From contig CAYZSU010000003.1 in the NCBI GenBank assembly GCA_964480565.1, positions 1,415-65,414 on the forward strand: a stretch of 64,000 nt of DNA, given 5' to 3'. Of this stretch, positions 1 to 9,026 are shown in pieces. The notes beneath the pieces were generated by a model. The model did no database searches. It was not told where the DNA came from and saw only the letters and a list, made by a program, of their open reading frames with translations. The DNA is from an uncultured Myxococcales bacterium. Lineage in GTDB: Bacteria > UBA10199 > 2-02-FULL-44-16 > JAAZCA01. The position numbers were made by a program, and so were the translations under genes. Position 1 is the first letter of the stretch, and the number at the start of each line of letters is the position of its first letter.

Positions 1-55
1 TTTTTCATTTGTTTTTCCAATTATTATCAGGTCGGCAAGTAATTAATGGGCGCAT

Positions 56-84
56 AAAAAAAGGGGCTTTAAAAGCCCCTTTTC
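56..84. terminator. Rho-independent terminator hairpin (GGGGC/GCCCC stem flanked by A-run and T-run), downstream of minus-strand gene 124..1395; potentially bidirectional
   Basis: aaaaaaaGGGGCtttaaaaGCCCCtttt read directly in the sequence. Confidence 0.6.
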
Positions 85-123
85 TACTAAAGTAATGCAA
101 TGCTATTCTTCATTTTCGTCCGT

Positions 124-1395
124 TTATTCACCATTTTCGTCAAATACTTCATAGCATGAAATCCAGTCATGGCCTAATGTGTAGTGCGAGCAGGCACTTT
201 CGATTGTTTCTGCATTAATAGCATTTAAATCATAGATACCCACGCTGACATCATCCGAACAGTCCCATATTTCTGTGGATTCATATGATATTGTTAGCGG
301 TGTTGTTTCAATATCAGGCAATGTGGCGCTGCTTACTACAGAATAATACTCACTGTCTTCAGCAGAGCTTAGCATGGCTAAATCATCGCCAGTCCATGCA
401 TCCGTGCCTGTACCTGTGCTTGGTTCGCGGTATTCTTGCCCTTGCCATGTACCAGAAGCAATATAGCTGATGGCACCATCGCCCATGGCGAGATCTGTCA
501 TACTATCCGTATCATCGCCCAGCAATTCACCAGCAGAATAGCATTGCTCACCATGGGTATCAGAACCCTGTAAGCCATAGCGATATCCACTAACTGCAAA
601 TTCACCTGGTGTTTGCGTTAATGTACTTTCCTGCCAACTATCACTGCCATCACCCATTTCGCCTGAATCTTTGACTACAATAGCACGTTCTGTATATTGG
701 CCAGATGAGTTTAATGTACCGGTGACATCTACGGAATGCATGGATTGATCGTGACGACCAATAGCTGTCATGGTCACGGATGTGCTGTCAAATTCCTGTT
801 TCACATATTCGCTTTGAGTCATGTTATCGCCAGTGCCATTACACATAAACATTTCAAAAAATGTAATGGAACCATTGGCATCCTTTTGCAGCTTCATTTT
901 GATTCGACTGGGTGTATTGCCATCATCATTGCTTAGGTTGAGATTAAAAATATGATATTCGCCATCGTAAATATCAATTTCATCGCCATTGCCATCCGTA
1001 ATGCCGGTAAATGCAGCGCCGTCATTCATTGTGCTAACATAGCACATGATTTGATCCGCTTGTGCAGCAGCGCTAATACTTTCGCGCAGCATATTGAGCG
1101 TTTCACATGCGCCACGGCTGGATGTGCCAGCTGTAAAATCATTGGATGTGGATGTTTTTAAATTGGATCCTGTTGTCGCTGCTTTGCTAACATTGGCAAG
1201 AGCATCCGATAAACTGCTGGAACTGCTATCTGCCATGGCGCTTGTGGCTTTTGGTAGGTCTGCGATAGTGGACAGTGTTGGCGCCTCGGTTGAATCAGTA
1301 GATCCCGAGGATGTGCTGGTGGAGCTAGAGCTGCCACAGGCAATGATGCTGGTTAGTGCAATGGTTAGCATGCTTGCTAACAAAAACTGTTTCAT
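124..1395 (-). CDS. Hypothetical secreted Ser/Thr/Gly/Asp-rich lipoprotein (423 aa)
   Basis: N-terminal signal peptide with lipobox-like IIAC followed by a GSSSSTSTSSGS linker; no recognisable catalytic motif. Confidence 0.5.
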   Translation of the reverse strand: MKQFLLASMLTIALTSIIACGSSSSTSTSSGSTDSTEAPTLSTIADLPKATSAMADSSSSSLSDALANVSKAATTGSNLKTSTSNDFTAGTSSRGACETLNMLRESISAAAQADQIMCYVSTMNDGAAFTGITDGNGDEIDIYDGEYHIFNLNLSNDDGNTPSRIKMKLQKDANGSITFFEMFMCNGTGDNMTQSEYVKQEFDSTSVTMTAIGRHDQSMHSVDVTGTLNSSGQYTERAIVVKDSGEMGDGSDSWQESTLTQTPGEFAVSGYRYGLQGSDTHGEQCYSAGELLGDDTDSMTDLAMGDGAISYIASGTWQGQEYREPSTGTGTDAWTGDDLAMLSSAEDSEYYSVVSSATLPDIETTPLTISYESTEIWDCSDDVSVGIYDLNAINAETIESACSHYTLGHDWISCYEVFDENGE

Positions 1396-1497
1396 AATTC
1401 CTCCTTAGATTATTTTTTATCAATTGAAAGTAAGGGGTATTATAGTAATTTTTTTTGAATCTGCAATGGTTTATTAAGATAATTTAAAAGGAGGATT

Positions 1498-1556
1498 GTT
1501 GAAATTGCTGAGCCGAGAATCGGAATTGAACCGACGACCTGCTGATTACGAATCAG
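1498..1556. repeat. attL: 59-bp direct repeat identical to 9349..9407 (duplicated 3' part of tRNA-Thr plus 13 bp downstream)
   Basis: Exact match gttgaaattgctgagccgagaatcggaattgaaccgacgacctgctgattacgaatcag at both sites; divergence starts at the next base (g versus c). Confidence 0.85.
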
Positions 1557-1698
1557 GCGGTCTTATTTATATCGACATAGATTGAGATATATTATCCTTT
1601 ACATATCAACATGTTAAACGTTATTAACTGTTATCGTGATAGCTGGTAAACGATGTTTCGTGCTTGCTATGTGATTGCTGTAAATGATTGGGAGGGGT

Positions 1699-2901
1699 AT
1701 GAAGATTACCAAGAGTAAGGTTGTGGCATTGAAACCATCGGAAAAAGACAAGCTTTATTGGGATGATTCATTGGCAGGCTTTGGGATAAAGGTGACGCCA
1801 AAAGGAAAGAAATCCTATGTGTATCAATACCGATTGGGCGGCCGGCGAGGCCGGACAAAACGAGTGTCATTGGGTGTTCATGGTGCGGTTACTACAGAGC
1901 AAGCACGGCGTGATGCAGTAAAAATTTCTGGCCAAGTTGCGCAAGGGATTGATGTTGCAGAGGATAAACGCAAAAAGAATACTTCACTAAGGCTCTCAGA
2001 AGTGATGGATGTCTTTTTTAGGGAGCATGTTAATATAAAGCTCAAACTCTCAACGCAGCGCGATTATGAGGGGCTTGTTAGGCTTCATATCAAACCAGCT
2101 TTGGGTAATATCAAGATTGATGAGCTCAACCGAAGTGATATTGCTAGATTCCATAATCGAATGAAGAATACACCGTATTATGCCAATCGTGCCTTGGCTC
2201 TGCTCAGTAAGTTGATGTCATGGTCGGAAGGGCACGGTTATCGATCAATCGGATCTAATCCCTGTATTGGCCTTGAAAAATATCATGAGAAGAAGCGTGA
2301 AAGATTTCTAAACGATGCAGAACTTCATAAATTGGGAATGGCAATTACAAAACTTGAAGAGAGTGGGAATATTTCTGAATACGCTGCGGCAGCTATCCAC
2401 ATGCTCCTTTTCACCGGCTGTCGTCTTCAGGAGATTTTAAAACTCAAATGGGATGAGGTGGATGATGCGAGAGGGTTGCTCCGATTAACCGACACAAAAA
2501 CGGGTCAACGCAATGTAATTATAAATGCTTCTGCGCTAGAAGTGCTTCAAGGAGTAAAGCGAATTGAAGGAAATCCATACGTGTTTTGTGGCCATAAGCC
2601 AGGTCAGCCGATCATCGAATTACGCAAATCTTGGAAACGTGTTTGCATGGTCGCAGAAATTGACAATGTACGCCTTCATGACTTGCGTCATACGCATGCG
2701 AGTGTCGCTATTGCAGCTGGTTACTCCCTTCCAGTTATTGGTTCTCTTCTGGGGCATACACAACCTCAAACTACTGCCCGTTATAGTCATCTCAGTGAAA
2801 GTCCAGCCCGCATTGCCTCGGAATCGGTAGGTGAGCACTTAAACCGCGTGATGAGTGGCAAGGGAACGGTGAGGAGTTTAAAGACTGTGGGTAGTAAATA
2901 G
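1699..2901 (+). CDS. int: Tyrosine-type site-specific integrase, P4-like (N-terminal arm-binding DUF4102-type domain)
   Basis: C-terminal catalytic motifs HDLRHTHAS...LLGHTQPQTTARYSHL (R-HxxR-Y); N-terminal LYWDDSLAGFGIKVTPKGKKSYVYQYR; RBS gggagggg upstream of the ATG at 1699 (ORF track begins at 1684). Confidence 0.9.
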   Translation: MKITKSKVVALKPSEKDKLYWDDSLAGFGIKVTPKGKKSYVYQYRLGGRRGRTKRVSLGVHGAVTTEQARRDAVKISGQVAQGIDVAEDKRKKNTSLRLSEVMDVFFREHVNIKLKLSTQRDYEGLVRLHIKPALGNIKIDELNRSDIARFHNRMKNTPYYANRALALLSKLMSWSEGHGYRSIGSNPCIGLEKYHEKKRERFLNDAELHKLGMAITKLEESGNISEYAAAAIHMLLFTGCRLQEILKLKWDEVDDARGLLRLTDTKTGQRNVIINASALEVLQGVKRIEGNPYVFCGHKPGQPIIELRKSWKRVCMVAEIDNVRLHDLRHTHASVAIAAGYSLPVIGSLLGHTQPQTTARYSHLSESPARIASESVGEHLNRVMSGKGTVRSLKTVGSK

Positions 2902-2916
2902 TCAAAGGAGTTAATT

Positions 2917-4023
2917 ATGTCGATGTTAGCCTTTTTCCCATGGTTGAAGATTGCCGAGGATGTTGAATGCGATGATTTTAAGTTGATTCGATATGAAAGA
3001 GGGCGGCTTCCAGGTCCAGTAGGCAGCGAAATGCAAAAGATTTGTGATCGTTTGCTACAGCCTTTTGTTGAGCGTTATTATGATTCTGATGATAATGATT
3101 GTCCAGTTGCCAATGCCACAATCTGCCTACTTAAGAACAAGGATCTATTTGATGATTATGATGAAAGTGATCGGGAGAATTTATTCGAAATAGCTGAAGT
3201 GGTCGCCTTTTGCGGCCTTGCAAAAAGAGAATACTTTCAAGGTTTTTTTGACAATTATCATAATGCGGATAGCTATCATCTTGTTATGCAGGGGTTTGAA
3301 GGTTCTGACGGTGGTTCTTGTATTATAACGCGTCGTCGTGACGGTAGCAATAAGGATCTACGTTCAAAAGATACTTACAAGGTCAGTAGGCCATTTAACG
3401 TGGGTTGCAATAACACAATAAAGCTCGACATATCCCTTATGAATGCCCTTATTAAAGCGCTAGAGGATGAAAAGTTGAGTCTGGCATGTGCCGATGCGAT
3501 TTTTAGTTTCAATAAAGCCAATACAGATAGTTCATTGATGACCGAATACCATGAAATGGTTTTTATGTTGAGTGCGATGCAGCGGCTCTTTAATTGTAAT
3601 TATAAAGAGGATAATACTGCAAAAGCATTTATGAGCTTGATGGATTCATATTCTAAACTAAAAGTTTCCAACAGTGATCGATTAAAAGGGCACCAAAAGC
3701 AAACAAGAACTATTTCAGAAGCATGGCTTCGGGATTTTTTTCAGCTGAGGGGGCATTTTGCTCATGGGAAACGGGTGAGTCAGCAGAAACACTATTGGAC
3801 GCTCAAAGAACATCTGCTATTCGCCTCATATATCATTCCGTTATTGGCCAAACAAAAGCTTTCAAATGAAGGATACTATTCATTGACCGATGATGATTTG
3901 TCCCAGCTACGTACCTTCGAAAAACTGCTGGATGAGGATGTGTTCAAAAAAATATCCAAAGAATGTGAACAACAATGTTTTGAATGGAATCGTGTGGTTG
4001 ATGAAGAAAAAGATAGGTTGTGA
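2917..4023 (+). CDS. Hypothetical protein (368 aa), translationally coupled to the integrase; island cargo
   Basis: Starts 13 nt after the int stop with RBS aaggag; no recognised domain; contains QLRGHFAHG (R-x4-H, HEPN-like spacing, speculative). Confidence 0.6.
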   Translation: MSMLAFFPWLKIAEDVECDDFKLIRYERGRLPGPVGSEMQKICDRLLQPFVERYYDSDDNDCPVANATICLLKNKDLFDDYDESDRENLFEIAEVVAFCGLAKREYFQGFFDNYHNADSYHLVMQGFEGSDGGSCIITRRRDGSNKDLRSKDTYKVSRPFNVGCNNTIKLDISLMNALIKALEDEKLSLACADAIFSFNKANTDSSLMTEYHEMVFMLSAMQRLFNCNYKEDNTAKAFMSLMDSYSKLKVSNSDRLKGHQKQTRTISEAWLRDFFQLRGHFAHGKRVSQQKHYWTLKEHLLFASYIIPLLAKQKLSNEGYYSLTDDDLSQLRTFEKLLDEDVFKKISKECEQQCFEWNRVVDEEKDRL

Positions 4024-4066
4024 TGGGCAAATATCGCAAAAGATCTTGAAGAGTTAGAGGGATAGG

Positions 4067-4735
4067 ATGAAAAAGGAAATCTGTAAAAAATTAAAATCTA
4101 GTCCAAAAAAACGTGATACATCACTTCGAGCTCAAGAGCGAGGAATCTATAACTGCATTAGAAGGGATGCTGATATTAAGGAGCTTGGTTGTGATGCATG
4201 TAGAAGTATTGCGAATAAGCTGGCTCGTGGACTAAGAGACTTTGGCAGGAAGGGATGTGTTGAAGCGTCGAAAGAGATTGTGGCTCTGAATCTGGGATAT
4301 AAAGTTAAGGTTAAAGGAAGAAGTCGGTCGATTACAGATAATGAGGTTGAAAAGTTTTATCAGTACTTTATCCAGGCCTCAGAAATTCAGACTATAGAGT
4401 CCTCTAAAAGAAAGATGCTTGAATATGCCGATGTATTAAAAGACCTGCAGAAAAGAAGAGTTAGATATAAGGACAGTAGAAAACGTGAAGCAAAAATTGA
4501 TAAACAAATGTTAAAGGGAAGCGAAAAATTTGTAATCACTGCTTTGATGAAAGAAATTGTTGATATTGTAGATTTTGAACTGAAGAAAAAGAGGTATTCA
4601 GAACGTCGATATCTTGATCATTCCTTTAAGTTGGTTGCAGTAATATTCCAGTCAATTGCGGATCCTTCCATAGCGAAGTTCAACTGGAAGAGGATTAAAT
4701 CGAGTGTCAATAAGTCGTTACCTCCGATGAAATAG
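4067..4735 (+). CDS. Hypothetical highly basic (Lys/Arg-rich) protein (222 aa); island cargo
   Basis: RBS gaggga upstream; co-directional and 43 nt downstream of orf368; composition suggests nucleic-acid binding. Confidence 0.55.
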   Translation: MKKEICKKLKSSPKKRDTSLRAQERGIYNCIRRDADIKELGCDACRSIANKLARGLRDFGRKGCVEASKEIVALNLGYKVKVKGRSRSITDNEVEKFYQYFIQASEIQTIESSKRKMLEYADVLKDLQKRRVRYKDSRKREAKIDKQMLKGSEKFVITALMKEIVDIVDFELKKKRYSERRYLDHSFKLVAVIFQSIADPSIAKFNWKRIKSSVNKSLPPMK

Positions 4736-4851
4736 TGCTTAAATTTCACTTAGGTATCACTGTCGATATTCTGCAGTGGTTCCCTTTCTCGCAATATTCT
4801 GAATGACTCTGTATTCTCCTGTGTAAATCATAACACATGGGAGGAAATGTC

Positions 4852-5064
4852 ATGAACCAAGATAAGAAGTATTTACGTACCCCAGAAGCGGCGTCCTATA
4901 TTGGATTATCTGAAAGCACTTTGATCAAGGATAGGTGGAGCGGTCATCTTCAAATTCCTCATGTTAAAGTTGGTCGTTCGGTTCTTTACGATATTGGCGA
5001 CCTTGACGCGTGGTTAAATGGGCTAAAGGTAAACACGATTGAGGTCAAACATGAAGGATCGTAA
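4852..5064 (+). CDS. alpA: AlpA-family phage transcriptional regulator / excisionase-like DNA-binding protein
   Basis: YLRTPEAASYIGLSESTLIKDRWSGHLQIPHVKVGRSVLYDIGDLDAWL matches the AlpA/Xis HTH pattern; RBS gggagg 7 nt upstream of ATG 4852. Confidence 0.85.
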   Translation: MNQDKKYLRTPEAASYIGLSESTLIKDRWSGHLQIPHVKVGRSVLYDIGDLDAWLNGLKVNTIEVKHEGS

Positions 5065-5500
5065 GTCTGTAGAAAATGAAGACTTTGGATGTCCAATACT
5101 TGATGCCTTTATGTATGTGCCGGAAGGGATATATGACGTGGCATTTGTTAGATATGACCGTCCTGTAAATGTATTTGGCCCTGATGAACGAAGAATATTT
5201 TTTCACTGGAAAATCGTGACGCCTGGTGAATATTTTGAAGTACAACTATTTCAGTCATTTAAGCACTATGAAAGATGGGGAACACAATCGAAATACTATC
5301 GATGCTGGTGCTTGGCGGCTGGGCAGCGTCCACGCCGTCGAACAAGGATGACGCCAGATGTTTTTAAAGGTAAAATCTTTAAGGCTTCAGTTGAAATCGT
5401 ACAACCAAAATATGAGGATGGACCTTTTAAAGGAAAATCTCGGCCCGAGGCGGAGTGGTATAGTGTAGTCCGAAATTTATTGGAGATTATCGCAGGATGA
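5051..5500 (+). CDS. Hypothetical protein (149 aa), overlaps the alpA stop (translational coupling)
   Basis: ATG at 5051 preceded by gagg; no recognisable motif. Confidence 0.5.
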   Translation: MKDRKSVENEDFGCPILDAFMYVPEGIYDVAFVRYDRPVNVFGPDERRIFFHWKIVTPGEYFEVQLFQSFKHYERWGTQSKYYRCWCLAAGQRPRRRTRMTPDVFKGKIFKASVEIVQPKYEDGPFKGKSRPEAEWYSVVRNLLEIIAG

Positions 5501-5740
5501 AAAATCAGCGAATAGACATTAGTATTCAGTAGCTAGAAACCAGCAGAAAGAAACAAACAACTACCAACTTAGGGTCGATAAAAGTGTTGTCAAATGATCA
5601 TCTGCTGGATGCTTTGGACAAGTAGCACCTTTGGAAGCGGCTAACCAGAAAATATGCCAACAGCTCGGCTCTAACTTAAAGATGAGTCAGAGTCGAGCGC
5701 CAAAGGGTTGTGTTAATAACAGGAAAAACAGGTAATTTTA

Positions 5741-6154
5741 ATGCGAGATAATAAAGGAAAATTTTTGTCAGGATACAGTGGAAATCCGGATGGACGGCCA
5801 TCTGGCTGCCAAAGCAGGCTCTCGAAGGAACTTCAGCATGCAGCGGAGGATATCCTTCCACTCTGGATTGATGCTGCTTGTAAAGGTGATGAGGAGAAAC
5901 AGCGGTTTTTATTGGAGAGGGGACTTCCAAAATTTAAGGCTCAATCACCTGAGGTGAATATCAACCTTGATAGCGAAAGCAATACTGAGCGCATACGGTT
6001 GCTGTTGGTCGCTGTTGCGAAAGGGGAAATCCCTTCATCCGTAGCATCTGAGATCGTATCCATGATTGCAGCGGCAGCGAAGGTGGGGGAGATCGAAAAG
6101 CTGAAAGAAGAACTTGCAGCGGTCAAACTGATCCTGTCGAAGCGAAAGAAATGA
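5741..6154 (+). CDS. DUF5681-like phage/satellite-associated protein (137 aa)
   Basis: N-terminal SGNPDGRPSG resembles the GNP-x-GRPKG signature of DUF5681 proteins found in phages and satellites; coiled-coil C-terminus. Confidence 0.5.
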   Translation: MRDNKGKFLSGYSGNPDGRPSGCQSRLSKELQHAAEDILPLWIDAACKGDEEKQRFLLERGLPKFKAQSPEVNINLDSESNTERIRLLLVAVAKGEIPSSVASEIVSMIAAAAKVGEIEKLKEELAAVKLILSKRKK

Positions 6155-6162
6155 GGTGAAGA

Positions 6163-6687
6163 ATGAATACTTTTCAGTTGAGGGAAAAATATCGATATTT
6201 GACGCCGCAGGAGCGGGCAAAACTGTTTCTGTCTCAAGCGGTTCCCTACCAGGATAATCTCTTGGCCAACACCTTATCTTCTGAGACGCTATACGAGAGC
6301 TATCTGATGAATCTTACCGAATCACGATTGGTGATCTTTGGCATGTATTGGCTAAACAAGCTTACATTTCTTGAAGGAATGAATTCGAAAATCATTATGT
6401 CAGAGGATTTTGATACTGAATTTCAGAAACGATACGGTGATTTTGGCGATCCGGCTGCCGCGCTTGCTTATGTATTGAGCGAATTCGACAAGGAACATGG
6501 GGGCTGGCTGCAAGGTATTGCCGTTATTATGGGTTGTCAGGAATGTTGGGATCGTGCCCTTGCACGTAGCAAACTTATTCAACAATATAATCTCGATCAT
6601 AATTTCCCCGATCGCGTAGATAATATTTATAAAAATGTGCTGTCATTTTGGGAACACGTAGAACATTTGGATAATATTCAAAGTTGA
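6163..6687 (+). CDS. Hypothetical protein (174 aa)
   Basis: ORF with RBS gaggtg; 8 nt after the previous gene; no recognisable motif. Confidence 0.5.
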   Translation: MNTFQLREKYRYLTPQERAKLFLSQAVPYQDNLLANTLSSETLYESYLMNLTESRLVIFGMYWLNKLTFLEGMNSKIIMSEDFDTEFQKRYGDFGDPAAALAYVLSEFDKEHGGWLQGIAVIMGCQECWDRALARSKLIQQYNLDHNFPDRVDNIYKNVLSFWEHVEHLDNIQS

Positions 6688-6893
6688 GTTATATGAGGTT
6701 AATCTATTTATGAACCTTCAGGATTTTTCCGTCTTCGAGGGAGTGGCTCACGCGATGTTGCAGGATATGATTAGATTGTGGCGCGAGTGGTTATTTTTCA
6801 TTAATAATTATGAGACGGTAAGTGTCATGGAATGAGAACAGCTGCAAATTAGAAAATGTAAAGTCAGATGATACTACAATGAGAGCATTGTTG

Positions 6894-7637
6894 TTAGAAT
6901 AATTCAATTTGAAGATATTTCCAACAATTTGGAATGCTGCACGGTAAATTGAAGTTTTTTTCGTAAACCTTTTCAAAAAACATTTTTCTTACATCCTCTT
7001 TTTTTAATTTCAGAATTTCGATTTGATCTATAGTCAATCGAATTGTAGCGGGTGGAATATAAGCTTGTTTCGGATCGAATGGCTTTGCTTCAGCTAACAA
7101 TGAATCTTCCGTGTTTTGTGTGTGAATGTCGCTAGGTCCATTGAGATCTAGATAGCACTTAGAGAGTAGATGACGAAGTGATTCTGTATGTTTTCCTTCA
7201 GCATGCAGGATTTCTGCCATTTCCCAGTGGCAAAAACTATATTTCATCCATTCGTTATTACCGGCGTAAATTGAGAGTTGTTGGTTTAATATTGGCCAAC
7301 GCCTATTTCTTTCTTTTCGGCGCTTGGCTTCCTCTTCTTTTAATAGTATTTTCCCTTCCTCTAGATTAAATACTTTCTTCAGGTTTCTCTCTGTAAAATA
7401 AATGTGAATGTATTCATTTGAACAATGAGGGCAAATCCTCTTTCGTTTTCTACCAGGATTAATGAGTGGAGTCTTGCAATGTGGGCAATCATATTCTTTA
7501 TGAACCGGTGGTAGCTTAATGAATGGTTGTTCTGGTAATTTATGCTCGGTGATTTTGTTCTTCTTCCTTTTTCTTTTAATGTAGTGATTTACACAGAGTG
7601 ATAGTGAAAGTAATATGATAAACACTGTAAACCACAT
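6894..7637 (-). CDS. Membrane-anchored zinc-ribbon protein (247 aa); second gene of a leftward two-gene module
   Basis: N-terminal TM helix MWFTVFIILLSLSLCV, basic stretch, then CPHC-x15-CPHC zinc ribbon; C-terminal domain unknown. Confidence 0.6.
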   Translation of the reverse strand: MWFTVFIILLSLSLCVNHYIKRKRKKNKITEHKLPEQPFIKLPPVHKEYDCPHCKTPLINPGRKRKRICPHCSNEYIHIYFTERNLKKVFNLEEGKILLKEEEAKRRKERNRRWPILNQQLSIYAGNNEWMKYSFCHWEMAEILHAEGKHTESLRHLLSKCYLDLNGPSDIHTQNTEDSLLAEAKPFDPKQAYIPPATIRLTIDQIEILKLKKEDVRKMFFEKVYEKNFNLPCSIPNCWKYLQIELF

Positions 7638-7686
7638 CTATAAGCCTCCAGTTCTTGGGTTTGTTTACATATTCTCTTTTAACACC

Positions 7687-8454
7687 TTACTGCAAAACAT
7701 TGTCATTCTTTTCTTCAAGGAGTTTTGTCTTTCGTTTCTTCTTGTTTGGCAGTGATATCTTGATCGTTTCCATCTCATTATTGGCGGCTTCATTGAGAAG
7801 ACGGCGGATACCGCTGACGATTTCTTCTGGTGTAATCATAATTCCAGTTGTTCGGCGAAGCTCTCGGCGTATTCGTCGAAGATTATCTTCGGATAATATC
7901 GTTTCAAGGAGGTTGCCAGCTGAAAGCACATTGCGCTTTTTCCAAAGGGCATCGAGGCCACCCTTTTTGACGTTTTTGAATCCAATTTCCTCAAATCGCT
8001 CTGCAAGTAATGCAGGGGAGTCATTGAGTATGTTCCATGTATAGATTAGTTTCGTCTGAGGGGGTTGGCCGAATGAAATGTGATACAACTGCCATTCACG
8101 TCCATTGCTGAGCATAACCCATTCACAGCCTTTGTTAATGGCATAAGAGGCAGCCTGCTTGATATGCTTAGTAGCGAGATCAACATTTACTCGTTTGAGT
8201 TCAATGAGAATGATAGGTTCAGCATTATCAAGTTGGACTGCAAAATCGCAATATTCAATTTCCCCAGGGCCTTGGACTGCGTGTTCGCGAGTGACATGCT
8301 TAAAAACATCATATCCCATAAGTGAGTGGATAATTCTTTCAACGCGTCGCCTGGTTTCGGCTTCATTTCCATCTATATGCATGAGTTCCTGGATCATCTT
8401 TTGTGACTCTCGAATTGCTTTACGTGTTTCGGCTGCCATTTTTGCACGTGCCAT
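7687..8454 (-). CDS. PD-(D/E)xK nuclease-fold protein, HsdR-N-terminal-like (255 aa)
   Basis: GEIEYCDFAV...IILIELK gives a D...(E)xK catalytic arrangement typical of restriction-endonuclease-like nucleases; Arg-rich C-terminal extension. Confidence 0.55.
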   Translation of the reverse strand: MARAKMAAETRKAIRESQKMIQELMHIDGNEAETRRRVERIIHSLMGYDVFKHVTREHAVQGPGEIEYCDFAVQLDNAEPIILIELKRVNVDLATKHIKQAASYAINKGCEWVMLSNGREWQLYHISFGQPPQTKLIYTWNILNDSPALLAERFEEIGFKNVKKGGLDALWKKRNVLSAGNLLETILSEDNLRRIRRELRRTTGIMITPEEIVSGIRRLLNEAANNEMETIKISLPNKKKRKTKLLEEKNDNVLQ

Positions 8455-8540
8455 GATTGAATCGCCCTTTCTTTTTCCTTCTGCTGGATATGGTCAATAA
8501 TACCATAGGCAGATATACCTGTGGTCTATATAAGTCAAGC

Positions 8541-8765
8541 ATGACCTATGAAGAAACTTATGCCGCTTTCTCAAAACGTTTTCGTGGAAATTTGAAGAAA
8601 GCTTTGGCGGATGCAGGTTTGACACAAAGAAAGCAGCTTCTTGCTGGTCTAGATCCTCGTTACATTGCACGAATTAAAGCAGGTCAAGGCAATCCTACCC
8701 TTCAAACCATCTGGCGACTTGCTATTGCCGCTGGCATCGACCCTGAGAAGCTGTTTAAGAAGTGA
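8541..8765 (+). CDS. XRE-family helix-turn-helix transcriptional regulator (about 74 aa; start uncertain, ORF track begins at 8457)
   Basis: C-terminal TLQTIWRLAIAAGIDPEKLF is HTH_XRE-like; divergent from the nuclease gene. Confidence 0.5.
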   Translation: MTYEETYAAFSKRFRGNLKKALADAGLTQRKQLLAGLDPRYIARIKAGQGNPTLQTIWRLAIAAGIDPEKLFKK

Positions 8766-8837
8766 TTATTTGATTCGTCTTATGTTTGAAATATAATGAT
8801 GTACAAAAAGCAGGGAACACCGTTCCATAGATCTTAA

Positions 8838-9026
8838 TCTAAGCTTATCAGTAGAGGTCGCAATGCAGGCCTACTAGAAGCAAGGTATCGTCGAAATGTG
8901 TTTCTAGCAGATTGCTTTGCATTAGCGTTTTCCAGAAAAATGGGTGCAAAACTCATCACTTCTGATTTAAAATTAATAGAGGCGATTTCTGGAGATTTCA
9001 ATTATGCAATCTGTTTATTCAGATAA
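8838..9026 (+). pseudogene. PIN-domain (VapC-like) toxin remnant: C-terminal 62 codons only, no start codon, no antitoxin
   Basis: Open frame translating ...NVFLADCFALAFSRKMGAKLITSDLKLIEAI... resembles the VapC C-terminus (AD-x-x-IAA-x-A-x-x-G-x-x-L-x-T-x-D); preceded by an in-frame stop at 8835. Confidence 0.45.

Noticed and set aside
1094-1408. Antisense and overlapping ORFs inside annotated genes (for example 1094..1408, 23482..23829, 24908..25336, 38006..38335, 59845..60147)
   Set aside because: Each is embedded opposite or out of frame within a longer ORF that has clear homology-like motifs. None has an RBS or recognisable motifs of its own.
1509-1556. Partial tRNA-Thr sequence near the integrase could be called an independent tRNA pseudogene
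   Set aside because: It is the exact 3' 46 nt of the downstream tRNA-Thr plus flanking bases. It has no 5' half and no fold of its own, so it is the displaced att-site duplicate created by integration, not a separate decayed gene.
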